Assembly (NCBI GenBank): GCA_000934665.2
Contig: KZ538241.1
Coordinates: 62,001-93,950, forward strand
Origin: Catajapyx aquilonaris
Taxonomy: Eukaryota
DNA length: 31,950 nucleotides
Direction of reading: 5' to 3'
Below, piece after piece: positions 11,401-21,838 of the stretch. Each line of letters starts with the position of its first letter. Within the stretch, counting starts at the first letter, position 1. The notes beneath the pieces are model-generated. The model did not search any database. It saw only the letters and a program-made list of their open reading frames with translations, and was not told the origin of the DNA. A program made the translations under genes and the position numbers.

Positions 11401-11880
11401 TCATCCAGCACTTCTCAACGCAATGTAGTAGTAAGGGTAGAAAAAGTTGGCAAAAATAGCCACCGGTACATAGAGGCACATGACTAAAGCCGTCGATGGT
11501 CCAAAGAGCAGGAAGACGAAGGGAAAGACCAGCGGGAACAGCGACAGAATGATGACTTTGATGGCTCCCATTTGCGTCGACGACACCATCCCGGTCATGG
11601 TCGTCACTTTCCTCCTTATCTGAACCATGAGTCTCTGCACCATCAGCACTTCCGCGTCAAAGTAACCCCTGGCCAGGCTCACTAACTCACGGAATGTGTC
11701 ACTGCCTCCTCGCTCAACCGGAGGATCCTTCCTGCGGGAAAGCATCGGGCTCATCCTGTTAATCAGCCAGTGGAAGGCGTCCTTCCTGTTGGTCTGCGCA
11801 GGTACCAACACCGTCATCCCATCCGGAAGGCAACAGCAGCACAAGAGGACCAACAGCGTCGTGCTGGCCACGATGGACAT
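11401..11880 (-). CDS. Uncharacterised ~159-aa membrane protein (signal peptide plus two C-terminal hydrophobic segments)
   Basis: GC-rich intronless ORF in AT-rich flanks. ATG at 11878-11880 gives MSIVASTTLLVLLCCCCLP (signal-like). C-terminus AIKVIILSLFPLVFPFVFLLFG / ALVMCLYVPVAIFANFFYPYYYIAL. Minus-strand AATAAA at about 11187-11192. The ORF-track start at 11931 is a GTG. Confidence 0.7.
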   Translation of the reverse strand: MSIVASTTLLVLLCCCCLPDGMTVLVPAQTNRKDAFHWLINRMSPMLSRRKDPPVERGGSDTFRELVSLARGYFDAEVLMVQRLMVQIRRKVTTMTGMVSSTQMGAIKVIILSLFPLVFPFVFLLFGPSTALVMCLYVPVAIFANFFYPYYYIALRSAG

Positions 11881-13183
11881 GTCACCGGTACGTGGACCAT
11901 GGTCCCCGTGTCCGCAGTCATCGCCGACCACCGTGCAGCTTCAAGCCCATTGTCCGAATGAGCCCTCAGACAAATGTGCCCAGCAGCACCAGCAGCACTG
12001 TCCCGTTTGTTTACGTCATGGTGGTACGACACGGGCGCGAACTATTGACACTGCCAGGTCCCGCAAAATAGCATGTGCGAGCATGGGAGTGTGTAACGGA
12101 AGACAGGCAGGGTGGGCGGGGTGCACGCGATACTAAAATTGCAGAAGGCTGCCCCCGTCTCACGCCATAGAGGACGAATTCATGTCACCAGAACCTATAT
12201 CACTCCAGTGGTACATCCCGGAAGAATCGTTTGAATTTGCCCATGTCTGCGCAGAGGGTACACAAAATCAACCAATCAAATGCCGTATGTACCGAAGCCA
12301 ATAGGAAATACCAGCGTATTATACAACTAGCTACATAATAATGTCTCGCATATAAGCACATAAATATTACATAAATTACCTTACATTACATATTACCTCT
12401 CGTAAATATTATTGCTACATGGACAACCAGAAATGGGACTAACGTTAAATTGTTGGTCAAGTTACAACTTCAATTTGTTCAAAGTTATTGTTGTGTCCAT
12501 TCTCCTATTGCAAGCATATTTTGCAGGAAAATGTAGCAATAATATAAAGTACTTCGCTTTGGGTATTACAACAAAATGGAAAATTTTACAAAAGGGTCAC
12601 AATCATTTAAATTAATAATGTAGGGATTAATTTTACAAGGCAACGTTACTGAATTCGCCAAAACTATGTTGCATGTGTGAGGAAGACACAAAAAATGGTT
12701 GTTAAACCAGCCTCCCAAGTAGCCGGTTTTCGGCAGGTTGGACGACAGCTTATCACATAACAGTACTTTAGAATTAACATGCTAAGGGCTACGCCGACAG
12801 TTGGACGGATTACGGGATAGGGGGAGCCAGGCTATGAATTTATATGTGGAAACAGGCAATGAACACGATGTTACGCTCGTCATTCAAAAGCTTCACTATA
12901 ATTACTACGGGCCTTCAACAATGGTGTGCAATTGTCCCATTACGAGGGAGATTAGTTTAAGTTCTCTGCACCTCCCAACCATACGGAAGCGTCATTTGAG
13001 AACATAACGACGAACTGACGCTATCACATCAAACATTAAGTTTGGTCATGCGACGAAGGACGCTCGAACTCCATTTGAAGGACTCCAGGGATAGGCTACG
13101 ACACCACTTGCCCCAAGCTCATCTCAACAACAAAACAGTCACACATTTACCAACAGCAGTCAACGTCCCCTTCGAAATGACCT

Positions 13184-13555
13184 TCATGATGCCAGGCGAT
13201 GGCGCAAGTCTTGCAGGAGGCCGTTGAGAGTTCTCAGGGTGTCGTCCTGCTCTTGCGGAGCTCTTGCGTATGCCAACTGAAGCATGGACACCAGCGACGC
13301 TCTCAATCGGGGGTCGTGCATGGAGCGTGTCCTGGAGGTCAAGTGCGCCAGGTGACCCAGGACGCTGACCAAGAGCGGGTCGGAAGTGTCCTTCTGCCTG
13401 CGGCTCTGCAGCTGGGCAGGGGTGGTCACATCGTCCGTGGTGGTCTCACCGACATCAGTGGTGGTCATCCAATAGGTGTAATCCTCCGGGTCAGTCGTGG
13501 TCTCCCCGGCAGCCGCCACCACGACGGCCAGTACCAGCACCAACCAGAGCTTCAT
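13184..13555 (-). CDS. Uncharacterised small secreted protein (~123 aa)
   Basis: MKLWLVLVLAVVVAAAG is a classic signal peptide (alternative ATG at 13562-13564). It is followed by an acidic Thr-rich part with duplicated GETTTD, a dibasic SRRQK and a Leu-rich helical C-terminus. Codon usage is GC3-rich, as in the neighbouring genes. Confidence 0.72.
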   Translation of the reverse strand: MKLWLVLVLAVVVAAAGETTTDPEDYTYWMTTTDVGETTTDDVTTPAQLQSRRQKDTSDPLLVSVLGHLAHLTSRTRSMHDPRLRASLVSMLQLAYARAPQEQDDTLRTLNGLLQDLRHRLAS

Positions 13556-14169
13556 GTTGATCATGCAGCAGCTACCACTTTCTCTCTGCTCCACCGGCAG
13601 GCCAAGAGTGAGCGCAGATGGTGAGGAGCTGGCTGGGGGGTAGTAACCAGAGGACATTGCACTTACACAGCGGATTCCTCCCCGGGCTGGCCATGGTGTG
13701 GTATAATGACGATGAATGATCCTCCTCCACCCCCTGCCGATTCTTCCAAACCACAGTCTCAGCACCGTTGGAGATTCCTGCGGCAAGGTCAGACACGATG
13801 GGAGGACAACCGTCCCTGTTCTACCGGATGGCGTCTTCCTCAATGCTTCCTACATTGGTCGCGGTTGACTGCACAATGATGTAGTGTTTACCATTTAAAT
13901 AACCATCGAAGTAGCACCCTACTGTCTTACTTACAGTCACGAAACGTGTCATCTATTCGTGGGTGGGAAGAATATCAATACATTGTCTCATTCTAAAAGT
14001 GATCATTGATGTGAAATCAAATGCTCCCCAATCCGCATTGTCAATGCCCCTCCAGAAAGTTATGAGCCGGGCACCGCGGGGATCCCGTGTGAACTGCCCC
14101 ATTTCTCCAAACACATGCAAAAATATATGCTGACCAGTACCTGTGCGCATATAGTGACAGGTCCATTAG

Positions 14170-14555
14170 CCCCACCTGCCATGCCGGACGTCGTCGTCCT
14201 CAGTTGACGGCTCACCCAACCTTGACGATGGACAGGTGCACATCGGAACGCACAATCAAACGACCGGATAATAATAACCGAAACAGCACAGCACATCCGG
14301 ACATCGCCCCGGATAAACCGGACTGCGCTCCGTCAAGGTCGCCAAGGTGACCAAATCATACGGGCGATACGGGCTAGGTGCGTCTGGCAACGCGGGTGGA
14401 AAGGCGGGAATCCGGAAGGAGGGATCCTGATTGGTGGGAATGGAGGCGGCCATGTTGGAGCTCCGATCAGGTGACGGAGACAGACGACAATCGGCAGGAA
14501 GTTCCAAGATGTCCGCCGTTACGCCATAGGCAAAATTGCTGTCCCCTAATTACAG
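14170..14555. promoter_or_regulatory. CpG-rich promoter of BROX, possibly bidirectional
   Basis: GC/CpG-rich island with ETS-like CCGGAAG (14412-14418) and CAGGAAGT (14495-14502), inverted CCAAT (ATTGG 14430-14434) and YY1-like GCGGCCATGTTG (14446-14457). Possible 5'UTR intron at 14471-14555. Confidence 0.55.
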
Positions 14556-14582
14556 AGAGAGAATAGCCAGGATTTTGCAAAG

Positions 14583-16775
14583 ATGTCCCACTGGTTCCAC
14601 CGCAACCCGCTGAAGGCCACGGCCCAGGTCAAGTACGAGCTGAAGATGATTGCCATGGACAGCGAGGCCCTCAAGATCTGCAGGTATATTCATGGGAACA
14701 CAGGAAGTTTTATCTGTTAAGAGAGATCATTATCTTGACATGTCACTGCAATGCGCTGTAGTGTGAGGTCATGTCAGGGCGAAAGGGGACAGGGAGCCAC
14801 TTGTTAACATGTACGTAACCGGCACTGAATTGGTCCGTTGCATTGGCAGTGATCTGAAGCAATCCAGAGCCCGCCTGCTGAACCTGCTGCCCGACCCCCA
14901 CCATGACCCAGCTACCATTGAGGCAGCTGTCCAGGCGTACTTCAGTCTGCTGCAGGGATTCCTGACCAGTATGGATGGAGATGAAAGGGAGAGCAAGCTC
15001 AGGCATGCACTGCGGTTCAGGTGGACCCATTCACTTCTGGGGAAAACGCCACAGTAAGTCCTACAAGTACTGCTTAAGTAGCAGTTAGGCAAGGTTGTCA
15101 CTGAATGTTAATGAGATCGTCACTTGCAGAGCACAACATGATGCGTGGTTTGAGGTGGTCAATATGAGCATCAATGTGGGCATGTGGCACATGAAGCATG
15201 CTGCGTCACTGGCTGGAAAGGACGAGTGAGTTGAACATATCCGAGGCAGGGTTACGATACATGTACTTTGCGAGACAAAGATGAGGCAGTGATCAATTTT
15301 GCTTATGTATGTTGCTGATTTCTGACCTTCAATTTTTAGTATCACCATGGATGAAGCAAAGGAAGTTCACAAGAGCCTACGCAGAGCAGCAGGTGTATTA
15401 AAGGCAACCCAGGATAACTTTGTACCTCTCCTGATGGAGCAACCAGCAACAGGAAGTGACATAGATCCAAGGGTCCTGACTGCATACATAAACCAGTGCA
15501 CGGCAGAAGCTCAGGAGGTGACCATCGCAAGAGCCATTGAGCTGAAGCACAACCCCAGCCTGGTGTCTGCCCTGGCCAATGAGACCTCCAAGATGTTCAC
15601 CACTGCTGCAGATTCTCTCAACTCACTTGAAGCGAAGATTTTTGCCCATTGGAAGAAGTACCTGGAACTAAAGGCTGCCTTTTATCAGTCATATGTAAGG
15701 ATGCCAGCTTTTACACAGATATAATTTATACCTCAGAAATAAACACTATATTGTAAAGGCACACTTATGTCCTTGAATAATCTGTCCATTAATCCCATGC
15801 TGTTGACAATCATTTCAAAAAATTGTCCCTCAGTTTGAGAGGCTGTCATTATGCAAATGGGACATGGCAGCACTAACAACTATTTAAAAATAAATACAAT
15901 ATGGTGAAGTAATGGTCGTGTAGTATTGTAAATGATTCAGATTTACATAAAAACCTAACAATTACAAGGGCAGTTATTTTATCATCTGGTCTCATGTAAG
16001 GAGTAGTGCAGTGACATCACAGTGAAATGATGTCACAGTGTGTGCCAGTCCCTTACACCCAAAGTGAACATTGACTCCTTATTCCCAGGCATACAACTAT
16101 GCTGGGGAGAACCTGCTCTCACAGGACAAGTGCGGAGAGGCCATCCGGGCACTGCAGGAGAGCTACAAATGTGAGCATTGTTAGCATTAAAAATCTGAGG
16201 CTAAGGAACTCCCCTGCACTGGCTTTTTCTAGGTTACGAGCAGGCAGAAGCTTTGTGCAAGGAGTATTCGCGCACAAAAGGTGCTGGGACTCAAGCCAAA
16301 CCGGAGCAGCACCTGTTCTTTCGGCGCCTTGCTCCTATGGTGAGGAGGACTCTGGAGAAGTGTGAACGGGAAAATGGACTTATGTAAGTTTTATCTTGCT
16401 CAGCTCAAAGAATAAATTGTAATGGGAATTCAAAATACAGATACCATGAGAAAGTGCCACATGACCCACCCCTCCTGGAAGTCAAGGCAACTTATGGATT
16501 AGTTAGTCCAGAGGAGTTCAGCATGCCAACACCCGCTCCACTCTGGAACCCTGTTACATATGCTGCTTTTGACCTATCAAAAGCCAACCCTTCAGATCCA
16601 GCCAATTCGGTGAGTTCCCCACCTTGGAAGACAGACTTTGTCATATGTGACAATGGTTTTATCATTGCAGAAAGCCGCAGCAAGAACTGAAGGAGAGTTG
16701 CCAGCTGTAAAGGAAATTGATGCAAATCATTCCAGCAAGGATCCCAAGACTAACAGTGGATGCTCTATTTCTTAA
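14583..16775 (+). CDS. BROX: BRO1 domain-containing protein BROX (420 aa, CAAX-terminated, ESCRT-associated)
   Basis: Exons 14583-14683, 14850-15053, 15130-15225, 15340-15694, 16089-16170, 16233-16383, 16441-16609, 16671-16775. All introns are GT-AG and the joined frame is continuous (1263 nt). Signatures: N-terminal [50 protein letters not shown]-terminal SGCSIS*. Confidence 0.96.
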
Positions 16776-17644
16776 TCATTCTCCAAGGATTCATTGATAT
16801 TTTTTTCAAATCCAGTTATTGATAATAATTATACTGAATATGAACAACTATTATAAGTACACCTGTATATGCCAATGAGCATCCATCAATGTTGATTTGT
16901 TATCTAGTCATGCAGTGTGTCCGGGACTGCTGCATCCTGACCATCTTGAAGGCATGTTAAATGAAACTGAAACCAGTGAATGTATAGTTTATTACTAATG
17001 GCACCTGAATAATGACCAGTTCACCAAGTCTTAGGCCATTCTGCTTGTCACTGCGAAAATTTACTTGCTCCTGCAAGTGGCGTCAAAATTATGTGGGATG
17101 AATTCTGGAAGTGTCCTTGGATTTGCTGGGCAGGTAGGCATAGCCTATCACTGCCGTTTGACAGGAAAGAGCAGCACTTGCGTTGTCTACTGCTCCTGAA
17201 CAGGGATTCTTTCTGCTTTGAGGGCCTGAAACGGCATGTACTTGGTATCTCTGTAAACAAAAGTATGTTCTACATGATTTGTTAATTTGCTGTGATTATC
17301 TGATCATAAAATTGGCTGAGGAATAAGTCAGGTGTGGAACACACTTGCACCATTAAGCTATTTCTCATTCTGATAGCATTAGTATAAGAGTAACAGCATA
17401 AACCATTGCATAATACGCTGAATTTTTGCCTTGAGGGTGCTTGAAGGTCATAATGATGAATGTTTCTAAAATGTGCATGAAATGAGTGATGTTTATTTCA
17501 ATCAATAGTTTCTTACTGTAAATCATTTGGTGTACATTTTTTCAGCAGAGTGACTCATCTATCAATGTAATGCTTTTACTTAGTTATCATCAGTCCACTG
17601 TGATGTAATTTATTACACATTGTATATACCCAGCTAATGCCTTG

Positions 17645-17650
17645 AATAAA
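17645..17650 (+). terminator. Candidate BROX polyadenylation signal AATAAA
   Basis: Canonical hexamer about 870 nt after the BROX stop and about 260 nt before the PARN-like ATG. Confidence 0.5.
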
Positions 17651-17907
17651 TATTAAAATCAGCTACTCTTCACCACTGATTATGATTCTGTTCATATCCT
17701 TGCATAAATATGTGCATCCCAAAGCTCTTTGGTGCATCCTACGTTCAAGAGCTCACACCAATAGAAGATCAGCATGCCTAACAATGACTGTTTACAAAAA
17801 GGGGGCTTGTTGCTACGGTCTTGGAGCAGAAGACTGAGGGTTCCAATAAGACAAATCATTGTGTGCATGGTGTTAGCAGGGGCAGTGTTGCAGCATCTAC
17901 TTTTGAC

Positions 17908-20731
17908 ATGGACATAATCAATACCAGTACGTGATAAGTATGGGTTAAGATTAGGTGAAGCATTGGGAGTTCACTGACGTGGATTCTATTTCCCTGCATT
18001 AGATTTTCACAGGAGCCTGAGGGAAGTGGAATCGGCCATCGATAAATCTATTTTTGTGACCATCGATGCCGAGTTCTCAGGGATCCAGAAGAAAGAATTT
18101 TTGTGCCCCTTTGACTTCCCAGAAGAGCGCTACCATGTGCTGCGGAAAGGTGATATGGGATATGGAGTGGTGCAGTTTGGACTGTGCGCCTTTTTCTATG
18201 ATGCAGAGAAAAAAGCGTAAGAAAACCTTCATATCTGGTCAGCTGCATGTGAACTCAAACCTTAATTTGTATACAGGTTCACCCACTGTCCATTCAACTA
18301 CTACATATACCCACGGCAGCTGTGTCAGGGGGGGCCGGACTACCCCTTCATGTCTCTGCCCTCCAGCATGCAGTTCCTCATTAAGCATGGGTTGGACACC
18401 AACAAACTCATCACAAATGGTAAAGGCAATCAAAAGGGCTGTGCAATGGGAGTTTAGCTATAACAAGAATGAGTAGTACTGAAGCACTTCCAAATGTTAC
18501 TCCTCAGGCATACCATACCTAACTCAGACAGATGAGGACCATTTGCGCAAGAAGCTCGAGAGGAACTTCAATGAGCAGATGCAGAACATCAACAATCCCC
18601 ATGAACCAAAGAAAGTGATCCTTGTCCCAGATGAGGAATCAATCTTTGTAGAGGGTGTCTGGTCAGTATGCTACTCTTGTGCAACATTAAAACAGATTAA
18701 CTTCAAGGGTAGGTTTTGAACTCCACAGCCGGAAAATTGAGGAGTTCCTGTATGGCAGTGAAGACAGCATGTCCCTAGAACCATGCAGTTCTTTCCGCCG
18801 CAAGCTCATCTATCAGGAGGCTGGCAGGCGGTTCCTCAACATATTCCTGGTGTCGATGTACACTGTGACTGAGACTCATCTGGTGGTCTGGCGAATTAAC
18901 ACAGATGACGATAAGAAGAGGATTTTGCAAGCACACTATGAGCATCAGTTGAGCAAGGTGGAGGAGAATGCCGGGTTTTCCAGGGTCATACAAAAACTTT
19001 CTGCCTCGGTAAGTTATTGGGCAGAGAAAATGTCACATTGTTAGGTAGTCAGTGGATTGAAAATGTCAACCTATCTATTGTAAGAAATGCAGAATTGCTT
19101 ATTGAATACAAAATTAATTTTTTCTCTAGAAAAAGCTGATAGTGGGTCACAATATGGTGCTGGATGTGCTTCACATGATACACCATTTCCTGGGTCCCCT
19201 GCCCAAGAGCTATGAAGAATTCAAGACGCTGGTTGCATCTGCATTCCCCAATCTGCTGGATACCAAGCTGATGGTGACCAACAGCCCCTTTCGATACAAG
19301 GCAGCCAATGTAGCCCTAAAGCCTTTGGTGGGGGAGCTCCGGAAGAAGCCCTACAGTATCACTGATGTTGGTAAGTCTCTTGACAATATCACCAGCGAGT
19401 TCCCATGAGAAGTTTGTCTTGCTTCTTTCTCCTCTTTTTGAAGCACTTGTTAATACAAAATATTATTATTCTTAAGTGAAAAATTAAAATTGCTTCTTAT
19501 ACAGCTTCTGTGATGGGGAAGGTTGGCTACACACTCAGTTTGGGTTCTGACCATGTGGCTGGTTATGATGCTTACATCACAGGGCTCTGCTTCATTTCCC
19601 TTACTGACCATCTGGGTGAGTCTCCTGTCTGAAAAAGGAAGCTGGGATAATATGACAACTGTAATGGTTTATTTTTACAGGGACACTGCAGTCTCCGCCT
19701 CAGGCACGAGTATTCCCAGGATCACCACTTCTTGAGCCTTACCTAAACAAGTAAGGATTTCTTACCTGCTCAGTTGCATTAAGTAACATAAAAAATCTGA
19801 ATTTCAGGATGTATTTGATGAATACCCAATACCCTCACTACATGGATCTTGGCACTCCTGACAGTAAGTCCTCTACCAAATACTGCAACTTAAAGGCCCC
19901 TACACATGGTCGTGAAACACGCAGATTTCACGAATGGGTGGGGTTAGACTTAAAAGGGCACCATTCGTATTGGCAGGATTCACGAATGAGTAATTTCAAC
20001 TCTTCACGCACGGAATTAGAACAACAAGCTCTATTTTATTTCATGAAGCGCATGTGACGTTGTGATTCAAGTTGGCCAGAATTGGCCAACTTTAATCCTG
20101 ATGTCACATGCGCAGTGCCTAGCCACGCGGTCATTGCAGCAGGACCCATGGGAGTGTGAGGACGGAGGCAGACCCGAAAGAGTGGCTCCTCAGCTTGAGC
20201 AGTTGATCAGATGCCATCATCTCCTCTTACAGTAACTGTATGTCACATGCACTTTTCCCGTCGGCAGCTTGTGCAATTGGCTCCTCCCCCTCGTGAAACA
20301 CACAAGCATATTTCACGACCGTGTGTAGTGTGGAGTTATGTCATGTCACCAATTAACACTAATGAAGCCACACCTGTCATCAATCAAATTATTAACCTTG
20401 CATGCACATATTTCAGTCAATCCTAACCGTGAGCATATGTTCTACGTACGTAGTGAAATGGCATGCAAGAAGTGGGAGTTGCAGAAGCTATTTGAACAGT
20501 TTGGTAAATCTTGAGCATATTATGAGTAAGCAGCATGTAGTTTGGGTTTTGACACCTGCCCACTTATTTGCAGGTCCAATTACAATTCACAAGGTGTCAG
20601 ACAACCAAGCTTATGTAACCCTGACCAAGCCAGAGTTGTCTGGGAAAGTTATGCCCCACGTCAAGAAGCACACTTCATACTCCGTCATACCTTTCGATGA
20701 ACATCAGATCCATACCATGGAAAAGGAATAA
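17908..20731 (+). CDS. PARN: Poly(A)-specific ribonuclease PARN-family protein (CAF1/DEDDh nuclease + R3H + RRM, 510 aa)
   Basis: Exons 17908-17926, 18003-18216, 18277-18419, 18508-18661, 18729-19008, 19130-19370, 19505-19615, 19681-19750, 19808-19863, 20417-20503, 20574-20731. All introns are GT-AG and the frame is continuous (1533 nt). Motifs: MDIINTNF, IDAEFSGI (ExoI), NGIPYL, LEPCSSFRRKLIYQ (R3H), IVGHNMVLD (ExoII), HVAGYDAYITGLCFISL (ExoIII). Orthologue versus paralogue status is not resolved. Confidence 0.9.
19894..20328. mobile_element. MITE in PARN-like intron 9
   Basis: TIR CTACACATGGTCGTGAAA (19900-19917) versus TTTCACGACCGTGTGTAG (20311-20328), 17/18 match. The left end follows TTAA-AGGCCC. 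Each end carries a TCGTGAAA...TTTCACGA mini-palindrome, and there is a central hairpin at 20048-20113. Confidence 0.75.
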
Positions 20732-21078
20732 CTTCACCTAGGCTGTATGGCACGACGAGCATCAAGATATGTTAAAATCCTGAATAGAAAGGTTTTGAAT
20801 TGTTCTCAATGTCTCCAGGTAATCAAGAAATCAAATAACATAAATAGTATAAATCAAAATAATATCAACAGCAGTACTGGATGAAAAAGGTAAGATTTCC
20901 TTTTACTTCCTCCTACATGCATCATGCAACGAATTTTACAGGCCTGAAATAATGGTATCCCGACAACTGGCCTGCTAGGCATGGTACGTCGCCCGTGCAT
21001 GATATATTTTAGTTCATGCAGAGTAATAGCGGAGCTAGGCGCTTATTACGAGTTCAGAATCCACAACATTTAGGTATA

Positions 21079-21309
21079 TAGTCTGGTGACCCGGGGTAGC
21101 TTGCCCCCTGGGGTAACTGGTTGTTTACTGCTATCCTTTTTCATATGCTTCCATGGTGATTGCCCCTGGGCAAGCTTACCCTGGGTCACTAGACTAGGCC
21201 CCTAGTCTGATGACCCTGGGTAAGCTATCCCGGGGGCAATCACCATGGCAGCATATGTAAAAGGATAGCAGTAAACAACCAGTTACCCCAGGGGGCAAGC
21301 TACCCCGGG
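21079..21309. mobile_element. Two inverted copies of a ~118-bp MITE forming a ~220-bp foldback
   Basis: Copy A (21079-21196) has TIRs TAGTCTGGTGACCC / GGGTCACTAGACTA. Copy B (21203-21309) approximates its reverse complement and lacks the outer tip. Spacer GGCCCC. Confidence 0.85.
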
Positions 21310-21824
21310 AGGGGCCTTATGGTCCATTTTGTGGTGCCACAGTCCAACGAACACTATTGTGGCTTTGCCAACCTTCAGGTTTATTAATGAAAAAGGCTGT
21401 TCCCGTTGTGTTGGTGCGCTAATTGAAAGTGCATCAACTGACGCGTTCTTTCGGTCTTTTCTCTTTTCCGTGTAATTCGACACCTCTAAAACGAATGGAG
21501 ACAATGCCCCGTATGTCAGACACCGCGTCAGTCGTGTAATTTGTCCCCAAAGATGTCTTATTTCAGAATGGCCTCTGCATATACAATTACGTGTCATTTG
21601 CGTCATATTCGCGCCAGGAAGAGGTACAGGACTAACATGACACCGACAGGGGTTGGACACAATAATAGGAACACCTGCAACAAGCGGTTGAAACTTCGCG
21701 TCTATTTTATTAGAAAACTGGAAAGGTTACAAAGATGATTGTTATATGGTTTTGAAGCTCCGTCGATGTACATTGGTCAAGGGATGCAGATGACGCGAAA
21801 ATCACAAGGGGGGGGGGGGGAAGA

Positions 21825-21838
21825 NNNNNNNNNNNNNN
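21825..21838. other. Assembly gap (14 N) flanked by poly-G and (GA)n
   Basis: N run visible directly in the sequence. Confidence 1.

Noticed and set aside
13556..13843. N-terminal extension of the 219-aa ORF
   Set aside because: Starts at TTG and places the signal peptide internally; more likely 5'UTR.
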